Below are positions 28,090 to 40,780 of a stretch of 64,000 bases of DNA, one piece after another. The notes beneath the pieces were generated by a model. That model ran no database searches, was not told the origin of the DNA, and was given only the letters and a program-made list of their open reading frames with translations. The translations under genes and the position numbers were made by a program. The stretch lies in assembly GCF_964204645.1 (NCBI RefSeq), contig NC_134028.1, forward strand, positions 7,688,001 through 7,752,000. The letters run 5' to 3'. The DNA is from Tubulanus polymorphus. Its lineage: Eukaryota > Animalia > Nemertea. How positions within the stretch are numbered: position 1 is the first letter of the stretch; every line of letters starts with the position of its first letter.

Positions 28090-28227
28090 ATGGAGTACAG
28101 CGGTACGGCTCCTATGAGTACGCCTGGCAGCGGTTTTGAGGAGACCAGATACTTCTTCCCTTCCACGCCGAATTCGGCGCAAGATCGTCCCGGAAACTTT
28201 GGCCAGAGTTTTGAATTTTCGCCTGAT
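28090..28227 (+). CDS. Ank2: Linker cassette exon (MEYSGTAPMSTPGSGFEETRYFFP...FSPD)
   Basis: gtatag / gtaagt, 138 nt, phase 0-0. Confidence 0.8.
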
Positions 28228-29622
28228 GTAAGTTATTATATATTAATTCATCTCATCTAAAGAAAAATTCTAGTTCGGACTTGGGTAGACTCAGGAGCCA
28301 GGTTAAAAAAATCTAATCTCTTCAATGGGAGATGGTGGAATTCTTGTCCAACCCAGCTTCATGGTGTTATGGATAAGTAAGATTGATTCATATCCAATAA
28401 ATGAGTAATGAGTAAAACTTATAGATATTTCATTTAATTCTTAGCAGTTAGAAACAGCATAAATCATTTTCATATACCGAATGAAAATTGGTTTCCACTA
28501 AATATGGGCTATAATTGCAGGGATTGTAAGTTTTGAATGCGTAAATTGCACGTGTGTCAAGTGCAGGAAGTAAATTCTGTTAGAATTTAACAATTCGTGT
28601 ATGATCAGTACATAAGCGTTTGCTGGATTAGAAAATAGATCCCCATTGTAGCAAGATGACTTCAGGATTTTCTGATGAGGTCTTTGAGAGATTATACCCT
28701 GTAAGTTTCATTAAAATCGACCTACCATATAAAAAAAGCTCTGTAATGTTTTAAACGCTAGTTCAAACGAATTGAAAAACTCTTAATTTTATGGGTCAAG
28801 TCAAGATGAAGTACTGTTAGCTTATTATTTTCAAAGTGGATGAATTTTCGCAGTAACTGTTTTGAAGAGGTATTCTCACAAAGATATTCTAGTATTTTCA
28901 GTATATTTTTGATTTTTTATTACAAGGATCTGATTTGGCCTTCATTAATTCAGTTTTGCATCTGATCATCTGACTATCAACTGTTAGAATCTATTTCCTC
29001 ATGCTTATGCATGAAATGTTTTGATAAGACCTAAACTGTGAACTGTGTAGTTCAGGAAATGGCCTTGGCAATGTTAGGAACATAGATAGCGCAGTCCTGA
29101 AGGGTGTGTTAGCGAGTGCCACCGTGTACTGTAAAGGTTTCAGGGATTAACCTGTCTGAATTCGGATTTACTGGAATCTTAAAAGGGATTTTAAAAGGGG
29201 ACAGTATGCCGGTTAGAGCCACTAAAACCGAGGTACGTTAGGCAAGCATTCTGTCAATAATACGGCATTGATTTTCATTTTGAATATATTTCAATCCTAC
29301 ATTCAATGTACACTATCGCCGTTATACCATACTGCACTCAGCCATATTACAGTATTGGAAATAGGATAAGCATTTCAATATTTGTCACTAAAAATATAGA
29401 ATATAACAATGCATGTATTTGAATTGTGCGTAAAAATAGTGAACGCTTGAAACAGTGAAATGTAGGCTAATGCTAATTAGCTTTAAGCTATCATACTACA
29501 CATGTTATCAGTTAAGTGAATTAATGTGATTCGCATCAACATCCATCATTTCTGAAAACAATCACAATCTTTCGTCCATATTCACTGCATCTAGCATGCA
29601 TTCGGATTTGATTTGAATCTTC

Positions 29623-29660
29623 CTCCGAACAGGGAGGTGGGCCCACCTCCCTGCTCCGAA
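29623..29660. mobile_element. 24-bp perfect palindrome flanked by a 7-bp direct repeat
   Basis: ctccgaa-CAGGGAGGTGGGCCCACCTCCCTG-ctccgaa. Confidence 0.7.
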
Positions 29661-30769
29661 GAAGCCAGTCTCCCAAATGTCCTAGAAATCGACTAACAGG
29701 TGCTAAATATTACACCTCTTCACGACAATGAAGAGCTCTGGTTTGAATTGTGGCGGCAGCAGTGTACACACTGATGGCCCTGAATTGACCCTCCACTGGT
29801 AGGAGTTGAATAGCTCGGGGAGATACCCCACTGTCTGCGTTGTAGTAGAGAGGGTGTGATTGTATATTGAGCCGAGCCCGCTGTTGTGTGCTTGCTATAA
29901 GGCTGCTGCTGCTACGGGATATAACTGTTATATTAGAGGATTGTACCCCGTATCTAAGATGACAATACAGGTTAGATTATTTTCTATGCATTGGTGCTCA
30001 AATAATTGCAATTGTATCGTCGGTTTTTGCGCGCTTAAAGACTTGATGATCATTATTGAAGAGAAGACATGCTTTGTTTGGTAGGAGATGCAAATTGGCA
30101 GATCATATGTTGGAAATACCTATTATTACGTGAGGCTATCCTATTTTGTGTTGTGTATGATATTCAGATCAGTTTTACAGAATCTTTTGAGCTAGAAAAA
30201 TCTGGCTAATATTAGTTCATCGAACAAAGTGTGGCATATCGAGGGCACATGTGTATTGACATGCACATGTGGCTGCTGGTTATTGTTTACATGTTAAACA
30301 GATGTCGGCGGCAGCCAGTTGGTTTACATGTTCCCCACCACATATGTATGTGATAACATAATATTGGCCCTGATGTTGGCATATAGAGGCAACATTATTT
30401 GATTTCCTTCTTGTCGTTTGTGTTGTATTTAACTACGCAGATAAGGTCTGCATCCTTACAAAATGTTTCATTTGAGTTTTCGTTACTTGATCTACATATC
30501 GTGAAATGTATGCAATTCGGTTTTAAATGGTGTTTTTAGTTATACTGTAAAGATTGTGTAATTTTCTTGTTGTGTATTGATTTAAATCTTATGTTCATCC
30601 CTTTACTTGAGTTATGTATACACTGGGTCGCTTGATAGTTTTACTTCATTATTGAATTATCACTGATCGGGTTATTGCCTGAGGTAATAGCGAGCTCCTA
30701 CCGTCTCTGCTCTCGTTCGACCGAATATCCGCATTATCTTTGACAACTTGTCATTTCAAATTTTTGCAG

Positions 30770-30957
30770 CAACAAGACTCGAAGATGGATTCAATCCACG
30801 CGGATATGGCCTACGCGTCGATGGAGGCGCCGATTTCCGCTCAAGTTTCGTCGATGGATCACGCCCAGATGAAGCAGTACGGCGGCATGCCGGCTTTCAC
30901 CGGTGTCGGTTATGAACCGGACAATATCGATGTAGACCGGACTCCACTTACTTCTGG
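30770..30957 (+). CDS. Ank2: Linker exon (QQDSKMDSIH...EPDNIDVDRTPLTSG)
   Basis: ttgcag / gtaaat, phase 0-2; the DN...P..SG end typically precedes ZU5. Confidence 0.9.
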
Positions 30958-33895
30958 GTAAATATTTGTTCGTAAGCAGTTCAATTACAGACTGAAGTGT
31001 CGGCCATCTTGCCATTTTCACCGATGTTTACAATATGCTGTACACTGAAAATGTCCATTAACTTATGCAGCTTTCCACCAGCCTTTCATATCTGAATTAA
31101 ATCTTACTTAATATCTTCCAATCTGAACATTGGTTAGATGGCATAAAGGCTGATTCATTCAGACATGATATTAACCAATATTTGATGCTTGCAGTACTGA
31201 TATCTATTAATGTGTCCATCTTTTTATATCATGCGTATGCTACTTAAAAACATCCCCCTGATAACCAGTGGTGTATATTGAATACTTACCCGTAAACTAA
31301 ACAAACTTCATTCTTAACAAATAAATAATAAGTCGTCTGACATACTAATAACTTCAGCTACAGAATCAATTTAATAACTGCATAGCCCGAGAAAAAATTA
31401 CAGCCAGTAAAAATTTAGATGAAGACGAATAAGAACAAGGATATAGATATACTGGCCAGCCTTATAGCCGACCCGTTTCGGAATGTTTTTGATGCGGGCG
31501 ACATTCATTTATTGTGCTAAGTAAACATGGAAGATGTTTCTCTTTTAACTGTTTCTCTTCAAGACCTTCAGCGGGTTTGATGAAGATACGCGTACACACA
31601 TATTGCAGTGTATGAAATGCGCCGGGTATTTTACTTTCTGAATCGATTCATTACGAAGTATGAAGATATTCTTTCGCGTATATTTGCATCTGAGATGTTC
31701 TTGCAATGTCTACAAGAGTTAATAACATTCTTAGTTTCGCAAAATAGTGAAGTGCATTATTTGATTCACCCTTCTTAAGAAGCATGATTTTGAATCGTTT
31801 CGAGATCCTAGACATTGCATGATATACACAGTGACTGTCTTGCACTAGTTTAAGTTAGACAGACAATATGTACATGTCTAGATAATATTTGTAGATGACC
31901 TCCCTATACAGATATCAGTTTTATATGCTTTTGACTCAGTGATTTATCAATTTAATGACCAATCCGCCCCATTTTATTATATACTTTATTCACTGAACAA
32001 ATACTATTGATTACTGTAGCTGAAACTATTAAAAACAACAATCCCGTTTTTAATAAGCTTCATAATATGAAGAGACTCATTTTTTGCTGCGAACATGGTT
32101 TCTACTAAGTTATGTTACATCCCAATCTGGCCTTTAGAACTATGAAAGGGGCTCCTTTCTCATTTCCATGTACGTAACAGTTGTGATACTGATGAAATTA
32201 GATTGGACAATCAAGCTATTACATTTGTGCTTCAAAAGAAAGTCTCCAAGCTTTCATTGAAAAAACACTACATTTATTCATCTCACTGAGTCATCCCTTA
32301 TTCAAGCAATATATATGTATATATCAAATTCTGCACTAGAAATACTATAATATCAATGGTATTTTATCTAATCTATGGCTGGTGTCTGGGTTTTTTTATT
32401 TACAAGTTTAAACTCGGATCATCATTTGGGCCAGTAGATGTTGGGGTACAAGGGCCATTTCTATAGTGTGGACGTTAGAAATATTTCCCGCAAGATGATT
32501 GACTTATGATGGCAAATTGATGATATAGATCGAAAAAAAAAACAATCCTACTTTTTGAGCTAGCATATGCATGTTTCTTAAATTCTTATTTAGGTTCATA
32601 ATGTGCTAATTGTACTCATGTCTAATGTCATTGTCATTATGTCTAATCTATCGGTTCTGTGCCCCATAGCTAGAGCCTTCTACTTCTCTTATTAGCAATA
32701 GAATTGACTCAGTCTAAAAGTCTTCTACGAACTATAGCTTCATTAGAACATACTAAATTTTACTATCAGAGATCACTAGCTGCTAGCTTTTAGAGCCTCT
32801 GCAAACTTGTTAGACGAACATATGTAACAAACACTATGCAAGAAATAAAATGCTAGACTGCTTCCTTCTTGTAAAAGGTTGAAAGTACTTCTAAAAAATG
32901 TGCAGTTCTTGCAGCAAGTACCGATAGCTTTTGTGTGGCGTTTACTTTGTGTAAAGCCTGGCATGTCTAGAAACTATAGAAACCCCTTTTTGGTAGATCA
33001 CACGTTCGTCCGTATAGTATTGTGGCACAAAATGGCATATATGTCATTGGCATCCTTCGTTGTTTGCGATTATCTCATATTTCATCATCGAAATTTCATC
33101 ATTTTACTTGTCGAATGGTGAATTGCAACATCATCATTGCTTCGTAGTCATATTTTGAATAATGTATTATCTTTTTGATAGTTACAAGTACCTTAATAAC
33201 GCTGCGAAATTGAAGATAGGCCTATGTCGTATGCGATGCAATCATGGCATTTACGATGACTTGGATAAGTAAATAATAACGAAAGCCTTTGTCATCTGAT
33301 CTGATTTATGTCGTGATAGCGATAACAACCGAAGTATAAGCTTTGAGTGAATTTTCTAATATCATTTTCTCTGCTCTGCCGGGTATTTCTGAAACTACAC
33401 ATGTACATCATTTCATTTAATAACTTCGGCTAAACTCGATGAGAAAAAAACTGTTTTCCTTTTCACTGTCATGCGTATCATCTCATTTAAGAAATAATCA
33501 TATATTCGGCATATTAATGATACTACTACATTCGTTATTAATAGAACTAAACGTTAATTAGCTCTGTATAGTTCTTCTTAACAATTTTACGATCTAAAGA
33601 ATAGAGTTTCCCATCGGAAATTAAGTCGATAAATGTAATTGAACTGTAAAAATTAAAACGTGTCTTGCTGCGGTTTTTAATGCAGAATTTACCTAGACAT
33701 AAAGATGTCCTAATGTCTAATATGGAATGTCCATGTTCTGTACGTACAGAATTGTGTCACAGTACAATCTCCGACACTGTCACCTTAATATGTAGCTGTC
33801 GGTGGTGCCAGTGTCAACCCCAATCTACCTCTGGCCCAAGTCATTTGCTGGACTAATGTTTGCATTTTTCTTCTACTTTCGATGCGTCTTTGTAG

Positions 33896-33913
33896 CAAAT
33901 TGAAATGGAAGAG
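33896..33913 (+). CDS. Ank2: 18-nt microexon (G)KLKWK(S) immediately before ZU5-N
   Basis: ACTAAT, pyrimidine tract, TGC, ttgtag / gtaaaa, phase 2-2. Confidence 0.75.
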
Positions 33914-34608
33914 GTAAAAAATAAACGAACACACTCGCTTTTATTTCAAACCAGTTGAAGCAGTAACATCCCGCCGCAAAATATCAATCGACGAATCTGA
34001 AATTATTTCGAATAGAATTCGGTAATCGGTGAAACGTTGCCGAATCGGCAAATGATTACCTTACGGATTTCGGAAATCAAGCAACTTGACAGAAAGCGAT
34101 TGAGTTTTGCGTGGGATGTTATTGTCGCACTTAATCAAGATTGGCATCTGAAAATCAAGGTAGTTTGAACTGATAATTTGCAATTTGAATGAACTTCATT
34201 CGTTATTGATACGATTTACCCCGACCGTCGGATGCCACACTTGATATCTGTAAAGGCTTGCAGATGCTTATTCGGTTTGCGTGAATGCGAACTGAATATC
34301 CATCGCTCAAAAGATCTAATAGTTTTAATTTCATCTTTCTAATAGAGATCAATCATGCCTTTTCAAACAATCATTGCAATGTTTATAGTTGGTGTTGGGG
34401 TTAGGATTGTAGTTTATCCACTGAATCCGGTCGATTTATTCGAGCTAGCTATCGCGCATTGCTAGAAATCGAGATCATTGGTACTAATCATGAATGCAAA
34501 AATTCCCTCCAGAAAATCATATGCTGAACTGTGTTTTTCATCATCAATTTAAAGGTGATGCATTTTCAGACAGTCACTCAACAGACCTACTCATCCAGAG
34601 TCAAGACC

Positions 34609-35022
34609 TTAAAGGGGAACTGCAGTGCCAAAACTAAAATTGGCCATTCCCACTATTGTTGTTGTTCAGCATAATATAATGCTAGTTGAAATCTTCCATT
34701 TCTCCAATTCAACTCGTATGCAATGATTTGATTTTCATACGGCTATCAATAACATTTCCTGTGGTAGGGAGCTGCTACATTCCAAACTCCAAAGCGAGGA
34801 ATGTTGACATTGATGCCGCACTTTGAAACACTTTCGTCAGCTCTCGGCTTTTGTGGAGAGAAAAGCGGCTGCCAAGTGGAGATAATGGCAGTGGCCAGGA
34901 CGCTAAAAAAACCTTCTTTGGAAGAATCGCAAGATAAACTCTTTTACTGATTTTGGGAAAATACATTTATAGAGGTTTCACAAACTTGCGGGTACTCAAA
35001 ATAATTTTGCTACAGTTCCCGT
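34609..35022. mobile_element. Degenerate Kolobok-like non-autonomous element
   Basis: ttaa-aggggaactgcagtgccaaaa at left, ttttgctacagttccc at right. Confidence 0.45.
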
Positions 35023-36621
35023 CCAAAAAACTGTTGTCTTTAGGTGATAATTGTTTGATTTCCAGTGAAAGCTGTTATATTAAGTCATGACTCTGGAACC
35101 AGCCACCTGCACCTTTGCAGGGTCCAATTTCAATCGAAGTTCAACTTAATATTAAATGAACTGTGTCCACTAGAGATATCCAATTTCCCATTCCCTGTGA
35201 TAAAGCTGAAAATTCGTGATTCATGATTATGATCAATTAAGTATAATCATAATCGATATAAGGTGTATAAACTACAATCTAACTGTTGTATGATTATTTG
35301 TTGCTCATTTTCATTCCACGTTTAAATGTTTTGATGTTGTTTGCGTCTATTTGTTCGTGTTTGTTATTGAGCTCTTTCTGAAGCCGGTACAGACAGGTTA
35401 AACGACAGCTGATATGGCGTCTGTCAATATGGTTGAATGAATATGAGACTTTTCCTCTCTTGTCGGTGTTCATTTCGGAATCATTTCTGCAAATTTTGGC
35501 ATTTTGGTTATTTGCGGTTATCAAAATTTCGAAGCATGTTTTTACCCAGCGTAGTTGGGTCGCGGGGTTTAACTGAAGAAATAACATTCTCACTTGAAAG
35601 TATGCTTGATCATTGAATGCATTATTTCATATCATAGAACAGCACATTGTAGAATCCAAAACTCACAAATAGAGATAGAAATCTTTATTGGATTGAATGC
35701 TTGGCTTTCGAATGCGTAGGAAGCAAATATTTGAGTACAAATATTCGTATGTATATGTTTTGTACTATTAACAAGATATTTTATTGAGAAATACATAAAT
35801 GTGCCGCCTTTGATTTATAACATATTCACTCGAATGTAACTAACGCTGTTTGCACAAACGTTCTAACAAAATAACGATAACGTAGTTTTTTTTGTGCCCT
35901 GAAATTCCTAAATGTTTGATTATCCCCTGCGTATGTGTATATACTATAACTGTTTTAACAACTGGTGATGGATGATTTAGAAAACTGATCAAAATGTCCC
36001 TTTGATTTGTGTTATGCAAACATGAAATAGGTCTGAAAAAATATTCATTTTGGTTGAGCGATCATGTGTGATAACTTGATGCACTTTCTGAAATGATTAA
36101 ATTCTTTTTGTTGCTTTTACAGGACCCACTCCTACAGTCAATTAGTTCCAAACCATTGTCAAATCATAATTGCGGAACTAGCCCCAGTTCCAAAGGTCTA
36201 GAATATGAAAATTGAAAAAAAAAGTTCCTGAAAGCATTTCAACTTGCTGCTGATTACTCTTTCTGCAGCCCAGCTTGGACTTTACGTATTGGAATTTAGT
36301 CTTCAAGTTATCATCCAGATTAACTTCTGCCGGCCACGCTTCGCAGAGATATTTGAATTAAATTTCAATAGTCGAACTAATTGATATACTCAAATAACTG
36401 TGAGCAATCGAATCATTATTCGAGCCTAAATTGTTAGTGAAAATTTTTGAAACTAGACATGCATGGTAATAGATAATATCAAGAGCATGAAGTAAGCATT
36501 ACTGAATCTCGGGAAAAAATTATAAATTGATTGGATGAATATCAAGCGAACAATTGAATTCATTGAAATGATTTGAATTTTGAATTGTATGTATTTTTGT
36601 TCTTCTATCGTTCTTGTGTAG

Positions 36622-36846
36622 TTTCTTGATAAGCTTCATGGTTGATGCTCGCGGTGGAGCGATGAGGGGTTGCAGACACCAGGGGGTCAGGATCATAATT
36701 CCCCCACGTAAAGCATCGATGCCGACGCGTATCACGTGCCGACTGATCAAGAAAGAGAAACTGCTTCACCCGCCTCCATTGATGGAAGGCGAAGGCCTCG
36801 CCGCCCGCGTTCTTGAAATGGGACCAGTAGGCACGAAATTCTTGGG
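36622..36846 (+). CDS. Ank2: ZU5-N exon ([19 protein letters not shown]...TKFLG)
   Basis: gtgtag / gtacgt, 225 nt; contains the spectrin-binding DAR motif. Confidence 0.96.
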
Positions 36847-37111
36847 GTACGTTTTGAAAAAACATACAGGTTATGATGCAATTCTTGCAAGCCATTGATA
36901 TAATGAATAATCTTTTGAACAGAATCCTATAGTTCCCTATGTTTTAAGAAATAAGTATCGACTTTGTTTTCTTGAGAGTTGAATTGTCCATAGATAGAAC
37001 CAGGGCTATCATTTGTGAAGGAAAGCTCATTAAAAAGTCTCTTTTAATAAAATCTTATACATGTACACGTATTTATTCTCATTCTTGCCCATTCTATTTT
37101 CTATAAAACAG

Positions 37112-37266
37112 ACCCGTCATTATCGAAGTACCACACTTTGCCTCGCTGCGCGGCAAGGAAAGAGAAGTGATCATTTTACGTAGCGATAACGGAGATAAAT
37201 GGAGAGAACACACCATGGAAGCTACCGAGGAAGCTGTGCACGATGCTCTACAAGGCAGTTTTGATG
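37112..37266 (+). CDS. Ank2: ZU5-N exon (PVIIEVPHFASLRGKEREVIILRSDNGDKWREH...SFD)
   Basis: aaacag / gtaagt, phase 2-1; absent from the ORF track. Confidence 0.95.
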
Positions 37267-37663
37267 GTAAGTAAAAATACAGAAATGACTTTCAGGTTGC
37301 CATTTTACCATTAGGGGTTACGTTTGAATCTACTGTTTTAAGAAAACTAAAAATGAACTCCTAAGTCAAATTAAACTGACGGTTAACTGGACGAAATTTT
37401 CGTAATTTTCTTCCTGAAAGACAGTTTGATTCTTCACCATTTTGTATTTATCTTCATCAAGTTTTTAGATTGGTGGTTCTTACATACAAAAAAATCTCGA
37501 GCCAATTTCATAGAACAGATTTAACTTAAGTTCAAATGGTTCTTTAATACTGTGTTCCGAAAACAAGGTTTGAAATCAAAAATGCGCGGCCTGAATATAG
37601 AATGAAAGCTGATCTCATTGTTGCTTGTGAGTGATTTCAATATTTCTCATTTTCGCTTTTTAG

Positions 37664-37875
37664 AATTAGAATCTGCCGAGGAACTCTACAAACAAAGAAT
37701 CACGCGCATCATAACAAATGATTTCCCGCAGTATTTCTGTCTGGTCACACGTATAAATCAGGAGAACAACATGATCGGACAGGAAGGAGGTATTCTGAAC
37801 TCCGCCGTCGTACCGCAGGTGCAGGCCGTGTTCCCCGAAGGAGCCTTGACTAAGAAGATTAAAGTAGGATTGCAG
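37664..37875 (+). CDS. Ank2: ZU5 exon (ELESAEEL...[14 protein letters not shown]...KIKVGLQ)
   Basis: ttttag / gtaagt, phase 1-0. Confidence 0.95.
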
Positions 37876-38319
37876 GTAAGTGTACTGCTATCGAGTTCAA
37901 ATTCTAACAGGAAAGCTCGAATTTATACTTTATCATTGGAGCTAAGGTAGCAGTACTTATGTTTTTTCAACTTGTTTGAACGGATGTCTGGTGCCAAAAC
38001 TGTAATGAACAGTCATTTGGTCATCTTAAGACCTACATCAGGTATGAACTACCAAAGTTGACTTCAAGCATGTTATGGCACCCAATGTCCGTTCAAACAA
38101 GTTAACTGATACATTCCACCATATCGCAGCCCAAACACTAAGCCAAAGCAGTAATATATTATTGATATACTATTGTATTTCATCTAGCATAAAAGATGGT
38201 CATAGCATTACAATATACCAGTAATTCACTTGCTGATGAAATGAGGAACCCTTTTGGTCATTCAACATCATTAAACATCATTCTTCTGTATTTAAAATTT
38301 TTTACTGTTTCACTTTCAG

Positions 38320-38524
38320 GCCCAACCTGTACCAGCAGACCAAGTGGCGAAGATGCTCGGTAATCGCGTCGCTGTCAGTCCGATTGTCACTGTGGAGCCG
38401 AGACGACGTAAATTCCATCGTCCCATTACTTTATCCATTCCATTACCTAAAGCCTCTCAGAAAGGCATGATTAACCAATATGGTAGTGAAGCTCCGACAT
38501 TGAGACTTTTATGCAGTATTGCCG
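38320..38524 (+). CDS. Ank2: ZU5-C exon (AQPVP...[14 protein letters not shown]...LRLLCSIA)
   Basis: tttcag / gtaagc, phase 0-1. Confidence 0.95.
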
Positions 38525-39576
38525 GTAAGCGTAAGTTATCCATTTGCCTGCCTGGCTTTCTCTATCTATCTAATTGCATGCTTCGTTTCACTGATCCCAA
38601 TTTCATACCGTTTTTGAGCTTATTTTCAGTTTCGGGTAATTTTAGAACCGTTTAGCACTTAACACGTCATTTTAGAATAGAAACTTAATGCGGAATTTAT
38701 TATGATTAGAAAAATTTTCCAAAGCAAAACAAATGAAGAGATATCCTGCCCTTTCTGTGAGTGTAAAATACAAACTTGAAGAAGTTGGGCTCAGTGAAAT
38801 TCTATTAACCACAATCTCAATGCGCTGTGCATGGGCTCTCAAGTTGGCCGATGGTCAGTCAGTCGGTGGTGGTCATTTCTCAGAACTGTGGACACGGATT
38901 GTCAGCGATCTCGTGACCAGGTGACGAGACCAGTGGTGTCATGGTATGTTGCTTGGTGGCGTGGTATGACTAAAATTGTGAGATCGTAAGATTGTGGCAT
39001 GACTACGGTTAGTGAACTGACTAATTAACGTATAATCCTCGCTACCATATTAACTGTCTTAAATAGTCCATATTGTGAAGTCTGAAACTGTATTGAATAT
39101 TTATTACTCGTCTTTTAGTTTTAATCCATCCATTTCATTTTCATTGAATATCTAAAGAAAGGCATCGCTCTTTACAGCGAACTTTCGCATCCATACCGTC
39201 TTCGTCAACACTCGAATCACAAATCGACTTGTCTTTCCATTTTGAATTACCATAAGAAAAAACTTGAAAAATTTGTTATGAGTATTCCAGATGTTTGAGA
39301 GCTCATGCTGAAATCGGTTGAAAATTCATCGAAGATAATCTATTTCCGTACTTAAAATCTCACTTCATGTTAAGCTTTTTAGCTGCTGCACATGTTTACT
39401 GATAATCCAACTGTACCAGTCACTGAAGCTAAATATTCCAATCTGTGGTGAATATATCCATTCAGAAGAAAAAGCTTATCGTCGTCATTTTTGCCAACTG
39501 AATCAATAATTTCACCAATTGTTTTTGACTTTTCTCTTGCATGCATGCCTCGTTTCCAATTCCTAACCCTTAAAAG

Positions 39577-39582
39577 GACTTA
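39577..39582 (+). CDS. Ank2: Candidate 6-nt microexon GACTTA
   Basis: TGCATGCATG, CCTAAC branch point, aag acceptor and a consensus gtaagt donor; frame-preserving. Confidence 0.5.
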
Positions 39583-40768
39583 GTAAGTTCCAGGAACGCT
39601 TGTTTTTCCCGCTGTTCTACGTTTTTACGCATGATCTGGACATTAACGCCGATATTTTCATTTCGTGGGCCCTCGCTCAGAAAGTTGGATAAGTACCTGG
39701 CCTAGTTTCATGAAGGCCAATCACCAGCTCATTTTCAATGACTTCAGTAATCGAATATGGCTTCAGCTTTGTGAAATTTTTAAACTAATTTTCTGAAGCT
39801 TCATTGGTTAATTTGATTCAACTACGCTGAGCTAGCAGCCCGAATACGATTCTAAATATTCATCGTTCATAGTTTTAAAAGTCTCAATAGACACTTCGCT
39901 GTAAACTATTTTCTGTTCGAATTTAATTTCGCTCTTTACATTCCGTTGTTCCCAAGTTTCCCCGACGTCTTCTTCCAATGTCTTCTTTCACTCATGTATT
40001 CATCATTTTAAGTTCCTATCGAGTTGAATACAGTTAAGCAATTAACTTAACGCATTTTCAAACTGTAACGTCAGTGTCGATCGTACGTAGTGTTGTCGGT
40101 TTCAGCGTATGAAAAACGAAACCTGTGACTGCTGTAAAATCATTAATAGCATGAGAGTGGTGATTCATGTCCCGTACGCTCATCCCTAACTGACACCACT
40201 TCCACTAGATTGCGTTGACTAATTCGTACCCCGAAAACCGAGCAAGATTAAGCCACTATAATGATTGTGCGTCAAATACCGGTAGAATATTTGCTTCGAA
40301 TTCAAAGCTGAACCACGTATTTTACCATTTAACTTTGAGCGCTGATAACATTTGCTTTATATTCAGAATATTTTTCTCATCACACAATATCTTTATTTGA
40401 TTTCCGTTCTTTTTCGTTTTCTCTTTCGCAATTTTCTTTTTCTTTCTCTTTCACTCTCTCGTTACGATTGAGAAGAGTTATTTCAAATTTGAATTCAAAT
40501 TCTCAGCGATTCTCATCATGCGCAACACCCTCTATAATCGTCAAAACTTGGAGGAACGAACCCCCAATTCCCTCCTCCAAGGACTGTGGAGTTGATTAAC
40601 TCTGCCAGAACCCACGCACCGAGCAACCACTATCCTTATAATGGCTTCAATTCTTGTGTCCACTGACTCGCATTGCAGTATTGTGAATATATATCATATC
40701 TTTATACATATATGTTAATGTCTTATGCTTACTTTATTAATTCTGCTTAACCCGGTCCATGTGTATAG

Positions 40769-40780
40769 GTAACTCGCAAG
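40769..40780 (+). CDS. Ank2: Candidate 12-nt microexon (GNSQ)
   Basis: gtatag GTAACTCGCAAG gtacat, phase 1-1. Confidence 0.5.

Noticed and set aside
29735-30070. Possible SINE/LINE-tail fragment
   Set aside because: Composition is suggestive, but no second copy, clear A/B boxes or TSD is visible in the window
30441-30445. Possible microexon cag-ATAAG-gtctgc
   Set aside because: 5 nt would shift the frame and the donor is weak
36100-36195. Strong-looking acceptor ttttacag at 36122
   Set aside because: No frame-compatible donor; the downstream sequence looks like a decayed MITE
40400-40480. Long pyrimidine tract suggesting another microexon
   Set aside because: Could not define a convincing AG...GT frame-preserving pair
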